In this document: in pieces, positions 17,158 to 26,607 of the stretch
Layout: each line of letters opens with the position of its first letter
How positions within the stretch are numbered: the stretch's first letter is position 1
From: a virus
Taxonomy: Duplodnaviria > Caudoviricetes
Length of the DNA stretch: 64,000 bases
IMG/VR virus record: IMGVR_UViG_3300023055_000005
Direction: 5' to 3' (one strand)
Translations under genes and position numbers: made by a program
Notes under the pieces: generated by a model
The model's database searches: none
What the model saw: the letters and a program-made list of their open reading frames with translations, nothing else
Told to the model about the DNA's origin: nothing

Positions 17158-17205
17158 GCCCTCCCCGCAAGGGGAGGGTGACCCCTTGCGATCTTTTTTC
17201 TTTGC
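17158..17205 (+). terminator. hairpin plus T-tract
   Basis: GCCCTCCCC-GCAA-GGGGAGGGT then CTTTTTTCTTTGCC. Confidence 0.7.
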
Positions 17206-17264
17206 CAGTACGGCTATGCTATAGCGGGCAAAGGCCTGCTTTGCTCACTCTTAGAGGCACTTTC

Positions 17265-18578
17265 ATGACCAACAGTCTCCACAACCTTTTTGCCTCCATG
17301 GAGGCTGAAGAGGCAAACGGCACAGCTCAGAAAGAGCTGGAGTACGTGTTCTACGGCAAGCTGACCGACTTCACCGAGCTGGAGCGTGCGGCCGGAAAGG
17401 AAACCCACGAGCAGTGGGAGATCCGTGTCGAGGCCGGCGACAAGAACCCCTTCCCCGGTTGCGTGCGTGTGCGCCGCTACCAGGGTGAGCGCTACGTCCA
17501 GTGCATCAAGGTCATCACCCCCGGTGAAGACGCCAAGGACGAAGTCGAGCTGGAAGTCACCAAGGACATCTTCGAGTTCATCAAGAAGCTGGCCACTGGC
17601 GGCAGCAACAAGGTGCGCTACATCTTCGAGATCCCCGACAGCAAGAACGTCTGGGAAGTGGATGTGTACGTCAAGCCCGACGGCACCTACGAAGAGTGGT
17701 GCAAGATCGAGATGGAAGTCAAGGAGCCGGTTGATGCGGTTCCGAAGCTGCCCGTCTCCTGCACCGACGTCATCGTCAACCAGTACAAGCAGCGCACCGA
17801 AGCCGAACACGCGCAGATCCAGGAACTGATGGCTACCGTGTTCATCCTCGGCAACCAGTACCTGGCCGGCGCTGCCGAAATGGGCAAGCCTGACCAGACC
17901 CCGCCTGCCAAGCCGGAAGGCGAGGAAGAAGGCTCCGCTGAATCCGAACAGCAGGAAGGTGGCGATGAAGGTTCCGCTGAAGGTGCTGAAGACGAAGGCA
18001 AGAGCGAGGGAGCCGAGGACACCACCGCCTCCACCGAGTCCAACTCCGACGACGGCACCGTCGCCGCAGCCGACGTGGAGGGCGAGATCAGCGAAGCGCA
18101 GCGCGCCCTGATGAGCGAACTGTTCGCTGGCGACATGATCGTCAACGAAGGTCAGGAGCAGATCGACCAGGCGCTGGTCAACCTGTGCAACCGTGGTCTG
18201 GCCGAACGTGCCGAGCAGGATGGCATGTGGCGCATCACCGAAGCGGGCCGGGTGTACTACACCGAGCACTTCCGCATGGAAGACCTGGTGGCTGTGGAAA
18301 GCTATCTGGTGGACATGCAGGAGATGGCCGAACGTGCAGAGATGCTGGGTTCGGAAATCGGCGTGCTCAGCCCGGTCGAACTGATGGATGACGAGCGCAC
18401 CGCGCCGCTGGTCGAAGAAGCCCGTGAGCTGGCCAACCAGACCGCGCTGTCCAAGACCTACCCCACCGAAGACCCGCACACCATGGTCTCGTTGGAATTC
18501 GTCAAGAAGCTGTCCAGTCGCATCGATGCCGGCATGGAAGCAGCACGCGATCGCATTGCCCTGCTGAAGGGTCGTTAA
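17265..18578 (+). CDS. CYTH/triphosphate-tunnel enzyme fused to an acidic linker and winged-helix-like segment; probable head protein
   Basis: QKELEY, HEQWEI, CVRVRR, CIKV, KDEVE, NKVRY, WEVDVY and KIEMEV match CYTH; ASME/STE/AVE/SLE protease-type sites; TATG upstream. Confidence 0.75.
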   Translation: MTNSLHNLFASMEAEEANGTAQKELEYVFYGKLTDFTELERAAGKETHEQWEIRVEAGDKNPFPGCVRVRRYQGERYVQCIKVITPGEDAKDEVELEVTKDIFEFIKKLATGGSNKVRYIFEIPDSKNVWEVDVYVKPDGTYEEWCKIEMEVKEPVDAVPKLPVSCTDVIVNQYKQRTEAEHAQIQELMATVFILGNQYLAGAAEMGKPDQTPPAKPEGEEEGSAESEQQEGGDEGSAEGAEDEGKSEGAEDTTASTESNSDDGTVAAADVEGEISEAQRALMSELFAGDMIVNEGQEQIDQALVNLCNRGLAERAEQDGMWRITEAGRVYYTEHFRMEDLVAVESYLVDMQEMAERAEMLGSEIGVLSPVELMDDERTAPLVEEARELANQTALSKTYPTEDPHTMVSLEFVKKLSSRIDAGMEAARDRIALLKGR

Positions 18579-18580
18579 CA

Positions 18581-18617
18581 ACATACGAGGAGGGGCATCG
18601 TGCCCCTCCTCTATGCC
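18581..18617 (+). terminator. hairpin flanked by ACATA/TATGCC
   Basis: GAGGAGGGGCA-TCG-TGCCCCTCCTC then TATGCC. Confidence 0.75.
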
Positions 18618-18637
18618 GCATTAAAGGCTTTTCAAAC

Positions 18638-18650
18638 CTACATTACCTAG
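18638..18650 (+). promoter_or_regulatory. early promoter core
   Basis: CTACATTACCTAG; the same 12-mer as at 6405. Confidence 0.7.
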
Positions 18651-18713
18651 CAGAGTCATACCCTACGTTAATCCTGATAGATCAGGACAATTCTTTAAGA
18701 GAGGAGAACCATA

Positions 18714-19166
18714 GTGAAAACCAAACGCGCCGTTACGATCTTCACCAACGATGGAAACATCAAAGGTTTCAACCACGCTGACATTCTGTCGGCGCTGAAG
18801 CCGTTCTATGCTCCGCTGACTGATGAGGTCGTGGAGTTGAACGTGGACATGGTCAAGCCGGCAACCCGCATGGGGGAAATGTTCACCCACCGTGGAACGC
18901 TGGACTTTGACACCTCCAAGATCACTGGCAATCGCCTGAACTGGCCTGCCGTGCTCCTGTACTACGCCCCCGAAGAAATGAGCGCGGAGCATCGTCGCCA
19001 GATCGACAAGCACATCCGCGAGACCTCGCTGCTGCTCAACAACTTCGTCCTGCTGTCCGGTCAGCTGACCTCCAACTTCTTCGCCCTGTTCATCAAGGAC
19101 GACGGCGCTGAAGAACAGCATGTCCACATGGACGTCACCGGAGCGGGCAGCTACTCGGAGCATTGA
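18714..19166 (+). CDS. hypothetical protein
   Basis: AGGAG RBS, GTG start, first gene after an early promoter. Confidence 0.7.
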   Translation: MKTKRAVTIFTNDGNIKGFNHADILSALKPFYAPLTDEVVELNVDMVKPATRMGEMFTHRGTLDFDTSKITGNRLNWPAVLLYYAPEEMSAEHRRQIDKHIRETSLLLNNFVLLSGQLTSNFFALFIKDDGAEEQHVHMDVTGAGSYSEH

Positions 19167-19169
19167 TTC

Positions 19170-19601
19170 ATGCGACTGTCCATCCCGATGGATCTTGTCG
19201 GGACGGTTGGTCGCGAAACGATCAGGCGTCTTGCCGAGTATGCCATCGAGCCAGAGTGGTTCATCCACAGCTACTTCTACAACTGGCGCGAGTTGCGCTT
19301 TGCTGTAGATAACAAGGCCGAGCACGAGCTTTACAACGAAGTGTCCGAATGGCTAGAGGACTACTTCCTTGAACGCTACGACGATGACATTGTCAATTCG
19401 TCCGTAGAGCTGCGAGATGATCTTACCACCAAGATGTGCGAAGGGTTGCTGCGTGTCTATGACGAGGTGGAACCTACCCTGGGACCACTGATGCGAGACA
19501 CGTTCTCGATGGATGAGTATCGCGACCCTGTGCACGTTGACCCGATTGTTGAAGATAGGAGGGTGATCGTCAATGTCAGAGACTTCGATGACCTCGACTA
19601 G
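19170..19601 (+). CDS. acidic hypothetical protein (probable paralogue of the next gene)
   Basis: RLSI...VGRETIRRLAE. Confidence 0.7.
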   Translation: MRLSIPMDLVGTVGRETIRRLAEYAIEPEWFIHSYFYNWRELRFAVDNKAEHELYNEVSEWLEDYFLERYDDDIVNSSVELRDDLTTKMCEGLLRVYDEVEPTLGPLMRDTFSMDEYRDPVHVDPIVEDRRVIVNVRDFDDLD

Positions 19602-20004
19602 ACTTTACATCGAGCCTGCAAGTGACAAGGTGGTAGGTCGTCGGTTGGTCAAGATCCTAGCCGAGGCGCACCTCGACTGGGAGATTATCTACCACATCAT
19701 CTTGCGGTACTGGTTGATCTACGAAGACTGGAAGAAAAACTACGCCTCGATTGAAGAGCTTACGATCGAGCAGTTGATCTCCTACATCTACTCAGATGAA
19801 GACCCAGGCGATAGAGAAGGTCTGCGAGAGTCTGAGGCGATCTTGGATCGGAACTATCCACAGATCCTTGAAGCCTTCGAGCGCGTGGCTGAAAGTCTCT
19901 ATCCGTACATCTCACCGTTCGATGCTCGTATTTGTTCGTTCGAGTTTGAAGTGTTCACTCCCAAGGGCGTGTTCATCACAGTTCACTACGATCCACAATT
20001 CTAA
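19588..20004 (+). CDS. acidic hypothetical protein
   Basis: RLYI...VGRRLVKILAE; ATG19588 preferred. Confidence 0.65.
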   Translation: MTSTRLYIEPASDKVVGRRLVKILAEAHLDWEIIYHIILRYWLIYEDWKKNYASIEELTIEQLISYIYSDEDPGDREGLRESEAILDRNYPQILEAFERVAESLYPYISPFDARICSFEFEVFTPKGVFITVHYDPQF

Positions 20005-20013
20005 GGGAGTCTC

Positions 20014-20415
20014 ATGGAAACCATGACTGGCCAGATTTCGCGCGATCGCTCGTACAGGATCCATGAGGCTGGCCTCATCCTGATGGACACCTCGGTAAAG
20101 TCCGCCCCTCCACTCTTCTCTATCTTCGCCCCAACGTGGGACATGGTGAAAGGAGTGAAGGATGGCGTGCTGCCCTACACGGACATCGCCTACACTGAAG
20201 CGGACTACACTCGCGACTATCGGAAGATGATGGTCAACAGTTGGAAGACCCGACAGCGACAGTGGCGAGAGATCATGGGCAAGAATGGCGTTTACGTCGT
20301 CTCCTGCTACTGTCCCGAAGGCGCGTTCTGCCACCGACATTTGCTCCACGGGATGTTTGGCGAGATCTCGCAGAAGTACAACCTCCCCTACCACTACTAC
20401 GGAGAGTTCAAGTAA
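20014..20415 (+). CDS. DUF488-like protein
   Basis: VVSCYCPEGAFCHRHLL (C...CHR motif) and FAPTWDMV upstream. Confidence 0.5.
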   Translation: METMTGQISRDRSYRIHEAGLILMDTSVKSAPPLFSIFAPTWDMVKGVKDGVLPYTDIAYTEADYTRDYRKMMVNSWKTRQRQWREIMGKNGVYVVSCYCPEGAFCHRHLLHGMFGEISQKYNLPYHYYGEFK

Positions 20416-20433
20416 CTCCCTTAAAGGACCATC

Positions 20434-20994
20434 ATGCCTACCGTGCCGTTGAAAATCTCTGCGCGCGTGCTGCGAGATATCGAGCTGGATACGCAGTATC
20501 AGCTGGACACCCTTACCACGTTGAAGGAAAAGGACCAGTGCTATAAGCAGGGCTACCAAGCGGCTCGTGAAGAACTGCTTGACCGTATCCGAACCGAAGT
20601 CGAAGACGAAGCCCGTCGCTCTAGCGCCCGAGGGTTGTTCTACCTCACTGACCTTGTGGCCGAGTATGACCGCACTGACTTCCCTGTCGATGGGAAGACC
20701 GGTCCTGCTATGCCCGAAGGCTACTACGTGGCAACGGCTCGTACCGAAGACGGTCAGCTGATTGACATGATGCTTTCCTGGGAACACCGGGAAGGGATTG
20801 ACACTGACGACTACCTGCCCCGCGATATCGCCGAGCTGCTACGTGAGCAAGCGTACGCCCGCTATCCGGAGATGGGCCAGTTGGAATCTCTGGCACTGTC
20901 CACCTTCAAGGTAATGGAGGATGGGAAGTTCCAGAGCTTTGTCATCAACAGTCCGCGCAACTATCGACCGCTACTCAATGGAGATCCAAGTTGA
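20434..20994 (+). CDS. hypothetical protein
   Basis: AAGGA RBS; 186 aa. Confidence 0.7.
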   Translation: MPTVPLKISARVLRDIELDTQYQLDTLTTLKEKDQCYKQGYQAAREELLDRIRTEVEDEARRSSARGLFYLTDLVAEYDRTDFPVDGKTGPAMPEGYYVATARTEDGQLIDMMLSWEHREGIDTDDYLPRDIAELLREQAYARYPEMGQLESLALSTFKVMEDGKFQSFVINSPRNYRPLLNGDPS

Positions 20995-22124
20995 ACACCT
21001 TCATGAAAATGGCACGTGCCGTCGTGTCGCAAGACAAAGAGCAATCTGTACAGAAGAAAAACGTCAGACTGCGTGACGCCTACGCTCAATTTATCGGCAG
21101 GACGGTGGTAAAGGCATGGTCGCCGGCACTGGCACTCAGCAACCTCACGCTCCAGTTCCCTGAACTCGATGGGTTGGCTCTTTGGGACGGCATGTCCGTC
21201 ACGGCGAAGCTGACCAATACCGACGGCACCGAGATCACCTTGGAGAAGTACGGTGAACTCAATGAGCTGAACGCTGAGCTGCACAAGCGAGGACTGCACG
21301 CGCTCTTCTATCACCCGGTCAATGTCGAAGGCATCTTCGACGAACCGCACAAGACGGTGAACGTGGTCTTCGTCGATCTCGCCCAGTGCATGGAACGCAT
21401 CATCACCGGGTACACCATCAACAGTCCCGAGACGGTGGTCAAGAATCTCCATCTGGCCGGCTGGCTCTCCAGCACCTATCCGTTCTGGGTAGTCAAGGCG
21501 CATGCGAGCCATCTCAATGACACGCTGAAGGATGGCGTTCTCCCCGATGAGATCTTCAAATTCTTGAAGACCTACGTCAAGGAGAACCTCAACATGCGGC
21601 TGCTGGGCTCCATGTTCGACAAGGCTACCGAGACGCTGACCTTCGCGTACTGCCCCAAGTACATCATGGCGCCTGAGCCGATCTTCGAGGCCGACATCCG
21701 CTGGCAGCTTGCCTGTATTCAGGGTGAGTTGGACATGATGCGCATGGACGCCCCTGAGGCGATGCGCGATGCCATCCGTCAGGTCATCCAAGGGCTGCGC
21801 TTCTGCAAGTCCTTGGGCGAGTTCGTCAAGCACTGCGAGTGCTCCGGCATCGGCACCGACTTCATTCCGCCGTACACGATGGTCGGCAATGGGCTGCAGC
21901 AGAACATCACCAAGGATCTGGAAGCAGCGATCCTGTACTCGGCCATGGTCCGCCCGATCTTCACTTCCTCCCAGGAACGGCTGAAGGAAACGGCAGGCAT
22001 GTCGGTCGACCTCGTCACTGGCAATTGGACGACGACCTACGAGTACGAGGGCCTGCTTGAATCGCTCAGGTACATGATCAAGTCCTACGAGCGCAACACC
22101 CGCCACAAGTTCTTCAAGGAATGA
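20991..22124 (+). CDS. hypothetical protein
   Basis: 377-aa ORF; TTG start overlapping the upstream stop; GGAG RBS. Confidence 0.7.
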   Translation: MNTFMKMARAVVSQDKEQSVQKKNVRLRDAYAQFIGRTVVKAWSPALALSNLTLQFPELDGLALWDGMSVTAKLTNTDGTEITLEKYGELNELNAELHKRGLHALFYHPVNVEGIFDEPHKTVNVVFVDLAQCMERIITGYTINSPETVVKNLHLAGWLSSTYPFWVVKAHASHLNDTLKDGVLPDEIFKFLKTYVKENLNMRLLGSMFDKATETLTFAYCPKYIMAPEPIFEADIRWQLACIQGELDMMRMDAPEAMRDAIRQVIQGLRFCKSLGEFVKHCECSGIGTDFIPPYTMVGNGLQQNITKDLEAAILYSAMVRPIFTSSQERLKETAGMSVDLVTGNWTTTYEYEGLLESLRYMIKSYERNTRHKFFKE

Positions 22125-22699
22125 CCATGAACGCACCAACTCGCATGGATCTGGCGTTTGCTGAGACGGACTTGATTTTCCAGCAAGTCCTGCTCAATGT
22201 GGCTTCGGCCGAGGACGTGATCCGGCAGGCTGAGGAGAACATGCAAGTGGCGCTGAAGAGCGCCTACCTGCACGCGCTGAGCAAGCTGACGGATCGTTCT
22301 AACTACATCCGGCAGCATCTGGGTCCGTTCTTCGCAACAGCCAACATGGAGAACTCGGTAAACCTGATCCAAGGTAGGATTACCGGTAACAAGTTCGTGC
22401 TGAGGGGTTCGTACGAACCTTGGTACGAAAGTTACACCGACACCAGTTACATGCGCTGCATCGGCGAAATGCTTCAGGGTCCGGCCCGCCCGCTGACCGT
22501 TGCCGACATCCGTACGGCCTCTGAAAACCTGATCCTGGGTTACGACGCCAAGCGAACCCAGTGGCGCATGCTCAGTCCGCTGAACGAAGACGTAGCCAAG
22601 TGGACGCCCTCCGACACCTTCGTAACCTTTGAGGTTGAGGTGGATGGCGACTACCTGCACGTCAACCGCAGCTGGCACTCGCCCAAATTTCCTTCCTAA
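22121..22699 (+). CDS. hypothetical protein
   Basis: ATGA coupling; 192 aa. Confidence 0.7.
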   Translation: MTMNAPTRMDLAFAETDLIFQQVLLNVASAEDVIRQAEENMQVALKSAYLHALSKLTDRSNYIRQHLGPFFATANMENSVNLIQGRITGNKFVLRGSYEPWYESYTDTSYMRCIGEMLQGPARPLTVADIRTASENLILGYDAKRTQWRMLSPLNEDVAKWTPSDTFVTFEVEVDGDYLHVNRSWHSPKFPS

Positions 22700-22716
22700 C
22701 GAGTAACAAGAACATC

Positions 22717-23352
22717 ATGGATCGTATCAACGCAGTTACCCTGCTCAACACGGACAAGGGTCGTCGTGAACATGGCGGTCAGGCCAACGGCTGGAGCGCT
22801 GGCGTCAAGTTGCTCTCCGAGCAGCAGGACCACGAAACCAGTTACATGAAGATGGTCACGCTGGGCGATATCCAGATCAAGCCCTCCACCGCTGTGTTCC
22901 TGTATGAGAACGCATCGGGTGTGCACACGGTCGGCGTGCCCTACGAAACCATCTTCCATCCCGAAGACCGTGAAGGCTTCGAACGTGGTGGTGCGGCACT
23001 GCTGTACCAGATGACCGTGGCTCTGGCTGCGTTCACTGTGCAGGCTGGCCTGCCGACCTACGACGGCGAGATCGCTCTGATGCTGCTGTCCAGCGAACAG
23101 GGTACTCCGATCGGCGCAGGTGAAGAAGACGGCGTGAAGGTCAGCTTCTTCCCCACCGCAGTGGAGAAGGTATTGACCATGTACGAAAAGCGCGTGGGCA
23201 AGCTGCCGCCGCTGGGTCATCAGTACAAGGGGCTGGGTAACTACTCCGGCGCATTCGGTCTGCAGGCGCAGTTGCAGGTTGCTCGCGCCAAGGGCCGCAA
23301 CCGCGCTGGCAAGGCCAAGAAGAAAACCAAGAACAAGAAGAAGGTGCACTGA
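22717..23352 (+). CDS. hypothetical protein with Lys-rich tail
   Basis: Ends RAKGRNRAGKAKKKTKNKKKVH. Confidence 0.7.
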   Translation: MDRINAVTLLNTDKGRREHGGQANGWSAGVKLLSEQQDHETSYMKMVTLGDIQIKPSTAVFLYENASGVHTVGVPYETIFHPEDREGFERGGAALLYQMTVALAAFTVQAGLPTYDGEIALMLLSSEQGTPIGAGEEDGVKVSFFPTAVEKVLTMYEKRVGKLPPLGHQYKGLGNYSGAFGLQAQLQVARAKGRNRAGKAKKKTKNKKKVH

Positions 23353-23996
23353 TGGACAAGAACACCGTGCAGGACATGCAAATCCTCACCGACAGCTTGC
23401 ACGCCATGTTGCAGCAGGTGGGGAACGGCCAAGCCCTGGAGCTTGCTGAAGTCCAGCGCAAGACACTGAACCTGGCCATCAACAACCACATCGCTGCCAA
23501 GAACCTGGCACTGTCTCGGATGCGCGTGTTCCAGGAACGCTACGCCGTGGAGCAGTACGTCAAGCCTGACTTCGACGTGGTGGAGATGGCGTTCGGCTCC
23601 AATGGGAGCGTCACGCTGCACTACCTCAACCTCGGCATCAACGCCTCTACGGTGGCTGACCTTGCCAAGGTATCGGCGGAGTTTGCTACCACCGAGAAGC
23701 TGCCGGCGGCCATTGCCAAGGAACAGTGGGCACTGAAGACGTTCCTGGAGGAGACTGCCTCCAAGTTCTGGCTCGTCCAGAATCCGGCTGAAGGCGGCAT
23801 CTGGAGCTGGTTCGTGAGTCCTGCTCGTGCCATCGTGCAGGAGTACGCTCACTACGACATGTACGACGGAGCAGAATGGGCAACCATGCGTGACCTGTTC
23901 TTCAAGCGCTCGATGAAAATCGAACATGCTCCGGCCATGTACGTGAACCTGTGGGATTCCTCCACGCAGTTCATGCCCTGGACCCCGCCGAAATGA
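23352..23996 (+). CDS. hypothetical protein
   Basis: TGATG coupling; 214 aa. Confidence 0.7.
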   Translation: MDKNTVQDMQILTDSLHAMLQQVGNGQALELAEVQRKTLNLAINNHIAAKNLALSRMRVFQERYAVEQYVKPDFDVVEMAFGSNGSVTLHYLNLGINASTVADLAKVSAEFATTEKLPAAIAKEQWALKTFLEETASKFWLVQNPAEGGIWSWFVSPARAIVQEYAHYDMYDGAEWATMRDLFFKRSMKIEHAPAMYVNLWDSSTQFMPWTPPK

Positions 23997-24682
23997 GCAT
24001 CGTAGTCGTCGACTCGGATCTCACGCTGGTCGGTGACTCGCGCCGCAGTACCATTCGGTCTGGGGTGGCTGTCCGTACCAATGACAGTCATCCCAAGCTG
24101 GTCTCTCTGGCAGACAAGGAAGTTGTCTTCGAAAGTGCCAAGGTTATCGCCGCTGCACGCTGCGGTAACGTGAAGACCTCCGAGTTCATGCTCTCACATC
24201 TGGTGAGTGGCAAACTGCGCAAGCTCGCTGTCCAGTCCTCCAAGTTCAAGGCCTTCGAGGCCAAACCCGGCAAGCTGTTGATCCTCACCGTCAATGGTCT
24301 TTACCTGGCATCCTACAAGGGTGTCAAGATGACCATCCAGTCGGTGGACGCTCCGTTCGCAATGGGCTCGGGCGCTTCGTTTGCAATGAAGCTGCTCAAG
24401 CGCACATCGATGAAAGCACCGGAAGTGACGGCATTGGTATGCAAGATGTACCCCAATGCTGGAGGGCCTCTGATTGGTGTGACCATGAACCCCGATGGGA
24501 AGAATGGTCCGCTGGTTACGGCCTTCAGTGTCCTCAATTCCGATGCTGCTATCACCCAGGCGTTGCACAGTGCCTGTGTTAGCTTCTCTGGGGCCGCTGA
24601 CGGCAAGGAGAGGGTTCTGATGGGTGGTAGGCGCAAGGCTGACAACACGCAGCTCTACGAGCGTCTGGGAGTTTCTCCGTGA
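23993..24682 (+). CDS. second HslV/proteasome-beta-like Ntn protein with Ser in place of Thr1
   Basis: ATGA coupling gives SIVVVDSDLTLVGDSRR, HPKL, KLLILTVNGLYL, FAMGSG and YPNAGG. Confidence 0.65.
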   Translation: MSIVVVDSDLTLVGDSRRSTIRSGVAVRTNDSHPKLVSLADKEVVFESAKVIAAARCGNVKTSEFMLSHLVSGKLRKLAVQSSKFKAFEAKPGKLLILTVNGLYLASYKGVKMTIQSVDAPFAMGSGASFAMKLLKRTSMKAPEVTALVCKMYPNAGGPLIGVTMNPDGKNGPLVTAFSVLNSDAAITQALHSACVSFSGAADGKERVLMGGRRKADNTQLYERLGVSP

Positions 24683-25347
24683 GTTTGATTTACATCAAGT
24701 CAGATGGCATGGCCACGCGTATCGTGGCCCCAATCCAGTCTATCAATATCAGCGGTCTGTATCATCGCCGCGAAGGCGACGATTTCAAGTTCCGTGGGGA
24801 GGCGATCATTGCAGCGGGCTATGCAGTCGGCTCGTTGCATATCCCCGAGACCCCCATCTTCCACGGGGCACATGACTTCGCTGAGGCTCTGAGTGAGGGC
24901 CTGCTGGATGCGGCACCGATGGCGCAACTGCCCGTCTTTGACAAGGGCAAGATCCGCTACAACGCGATCGACTTCTTCGTCCTCACCCCGACCAAGTTGT
25001 ATCGTATCCGGGGCGACTGGGACAGCAAGAACGAAGTCCAGCACATCGGCACGTACGTTGAACTGGGCGCACCGCACGAACTGTTCATCGGTCTGCAGGG
25101 TCAGTTCTTGACCATGTTCCCGCCGGACATGTTGGTCGATGTAATGCCGGCCATTTACCAAACGGCCACGATTGTTGCGCTCCATGGCATGGACTGGGCA
25201 CCGCTCTTCTCCAGTCAGCTCACCGAGTTGACCACCTCTGGGTTGGCTGGGGGAAAGATCGAGTGGGTGCACAAACTCCACCAGCGTCATCGCGGTAGTC
25301 CTTCGGTGTGGGACATCCTCACCTTGCAGGATAGCAAGAAGGCATAA
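24679..25347 (+). CDS. possible degenerate Ntn-fold partner
   Basis: GTGA coupling; SLIYIKSDG, IIAAGYAVGS, FFVLTPTKLYRI and LFIG align loosely with the upstream Ntn protein; no GSG. Confidence 0.5.
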   Translation: MSLIYIKSDGMATRIVAPIQSINISGLYHRREGDDFKFRGEAIIAAGYAVGSLHIPETPIFHGAHDFAEALSEGLLDAAPMAQLPVFDKGKIRYNAIDFFVLTPTKLYRIRGDWDSKNEVQHIGTYVELGAPHELFIGLQGQFLTMFPPDMLVDVMPAIYQTATIVALHGMDWAPLFSSQLTELTTSGLAGGKIEWVHKLHQRHRGSPSVWDILTLQDSKKA

Positions 25348-25395
25348 ACGGCTGGGAGGGTGACCTCCCAGCTATGCCGTCTCTTTTTTTTTGCC
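25341..25395 (+). terminator. GGCATA-hairpin-TATGCC plus long T-tract
   Basis: GCTGGGAGG-GTGA-CCTCCCAGC, TATGCCG, TCTCTTTTTTTTTGCC. Confidence 0.85.
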
Positions 25396-25467
25396 TGAGA
25401 AAGCCATGAACTTATCCTATGTTGACCGGAAGGTCTAACGTCTCTTCTACCTCAAAGGGAAATGTTC

Positions 25468-26598
25468 ATGACCGTCTATTTCCACACCGGTTTCGATCTG
25501 TTCGGAGCGCAGGCCAACGCCGATGGCGACGGTCCTGCCGCCTTCGCTGGCCTGACCACGCATCCGGGAAAGCCGACCCTCACCAATAGCAATCCAGCCG
25601 GGCGTGAACACGGGATCGGTGTGAGTGGTCTGGAGCGTCACAAAGTTGGTCGTGGTGCAAGTCGTCGCAATTCGCTGGTCATGTACAGCGGCGCGAAGAC
25701 GCAGAACGCTGGTAACGTCTCTGCCATGTTCCCGCTGCCTGCTGGCGTGCTACCTGCAGTGGTTGGCGCCACTGCTGTGTTCGGCTTCCGGATGAAGCGC
25801 GGTCGCATCAACCCAGCTGGCACGGTTCCGCCCAATGCCTATCACACCGTGATCATGGCCAACGGCGCACCGATCTTCGGGTTCAATCCGACCACTGGCT
25901 CCACGCAGTTCTTCCTGGGTAGCACCTCGTATTCCAGCTACTTCGATTTCCGCGAAGGGCAGGAGTACTACATCGAACTGCTGGCCCGGCGCACCACGAC
26001 CGCCAATGCCTACTTCGAGATCTGGGTTGACGGCACGAGGATCTACACCTCCACTGCGACCTCGTACTCCACGTTCCTGAACTTCACCTTCGGCAATGCC
26101 GGTGGTAACTACGCGTGGAACCAGTACATCGCAGTCAGCGACGTCTACGTCGCCGATACCCGTCTGGGTCCGCAACAGGTGATCAGCCGTCAGCCCTCCG
26201 TGGCTGTGGTGAAGAACTGGACGCCGTCCGAAGGCAACGATGGCCTGGCTCTGATCTCCGGTGCCAATACCACCGATGACACCAAGTTCATCGTCTCCCC
26301 GGCTGATACGTCGGAAGATCGCTACCACATCGACTTCAACCTGGCAGTGGGCTTCAAGGCTTACGCTGCTTCGCTGTTCGTGCGTGGCAAGCGTGACCCT
26401 GGTTCCACCCGCAAGGTTCGTGCGGGTGTGTTCAACCGCGCGACCGGAACTGAAGTCGAAGCGGCCAAGTCGGTTGTGACCGAGTTCTCGCAGAATGCCT
26501 GGCGTACCGACCTGCTCTGGAGTTCGGATACCCCGGCAACGCTGACGCCGGAGAACCTCAACTCGATGGACGTCAACCTGACCTCCCCGCTGACCTAA
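25468..26598 (+). CDS. virion-associated beta-rich (lectin/LamG-like) protein, copy 1
   Basis: Beta-rich; GQEYYIEL, IWVDG, DVYVAD and RLGPQ motifs; TCCTATG late-promoter-like site upstream. Confidence 0.55.
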   Translation: MTVYFHTGFDLFGAQANADGDGPAAFAGLTTHPGKPTLTNSNPAGREHGIGVSGLERHKVGRGASRRNSLVMYSGAKTQNAGNVSAMFPLPAGVLPAVVGATAVFGFRMKRGRINPAGTVPPNAYHTVIMANGAPIFGFNPTTGSTQFFLGSTSYSSYFDFREGQEYYIELLARRTTTANAYFEIWVDGTRIYTSTATSYSTFLNFTFGNAGGNYAWNQYIAVSDVYVADTRLGPQQVISRQPSVAVVKNWTPSEGNDGLALISGANTTDDTKFIVSPADTSEDRYHIDFNLAVGFKAYAASLFVRGKRDPGSTRKVRAGVFNRATGTEVEAAKSVVTEFSQNAWRTDLLWSSDTPATLTPENLNSMDVNLTSPLT

Positions 26599-26607
26599 GG
26601 TGCCGCC

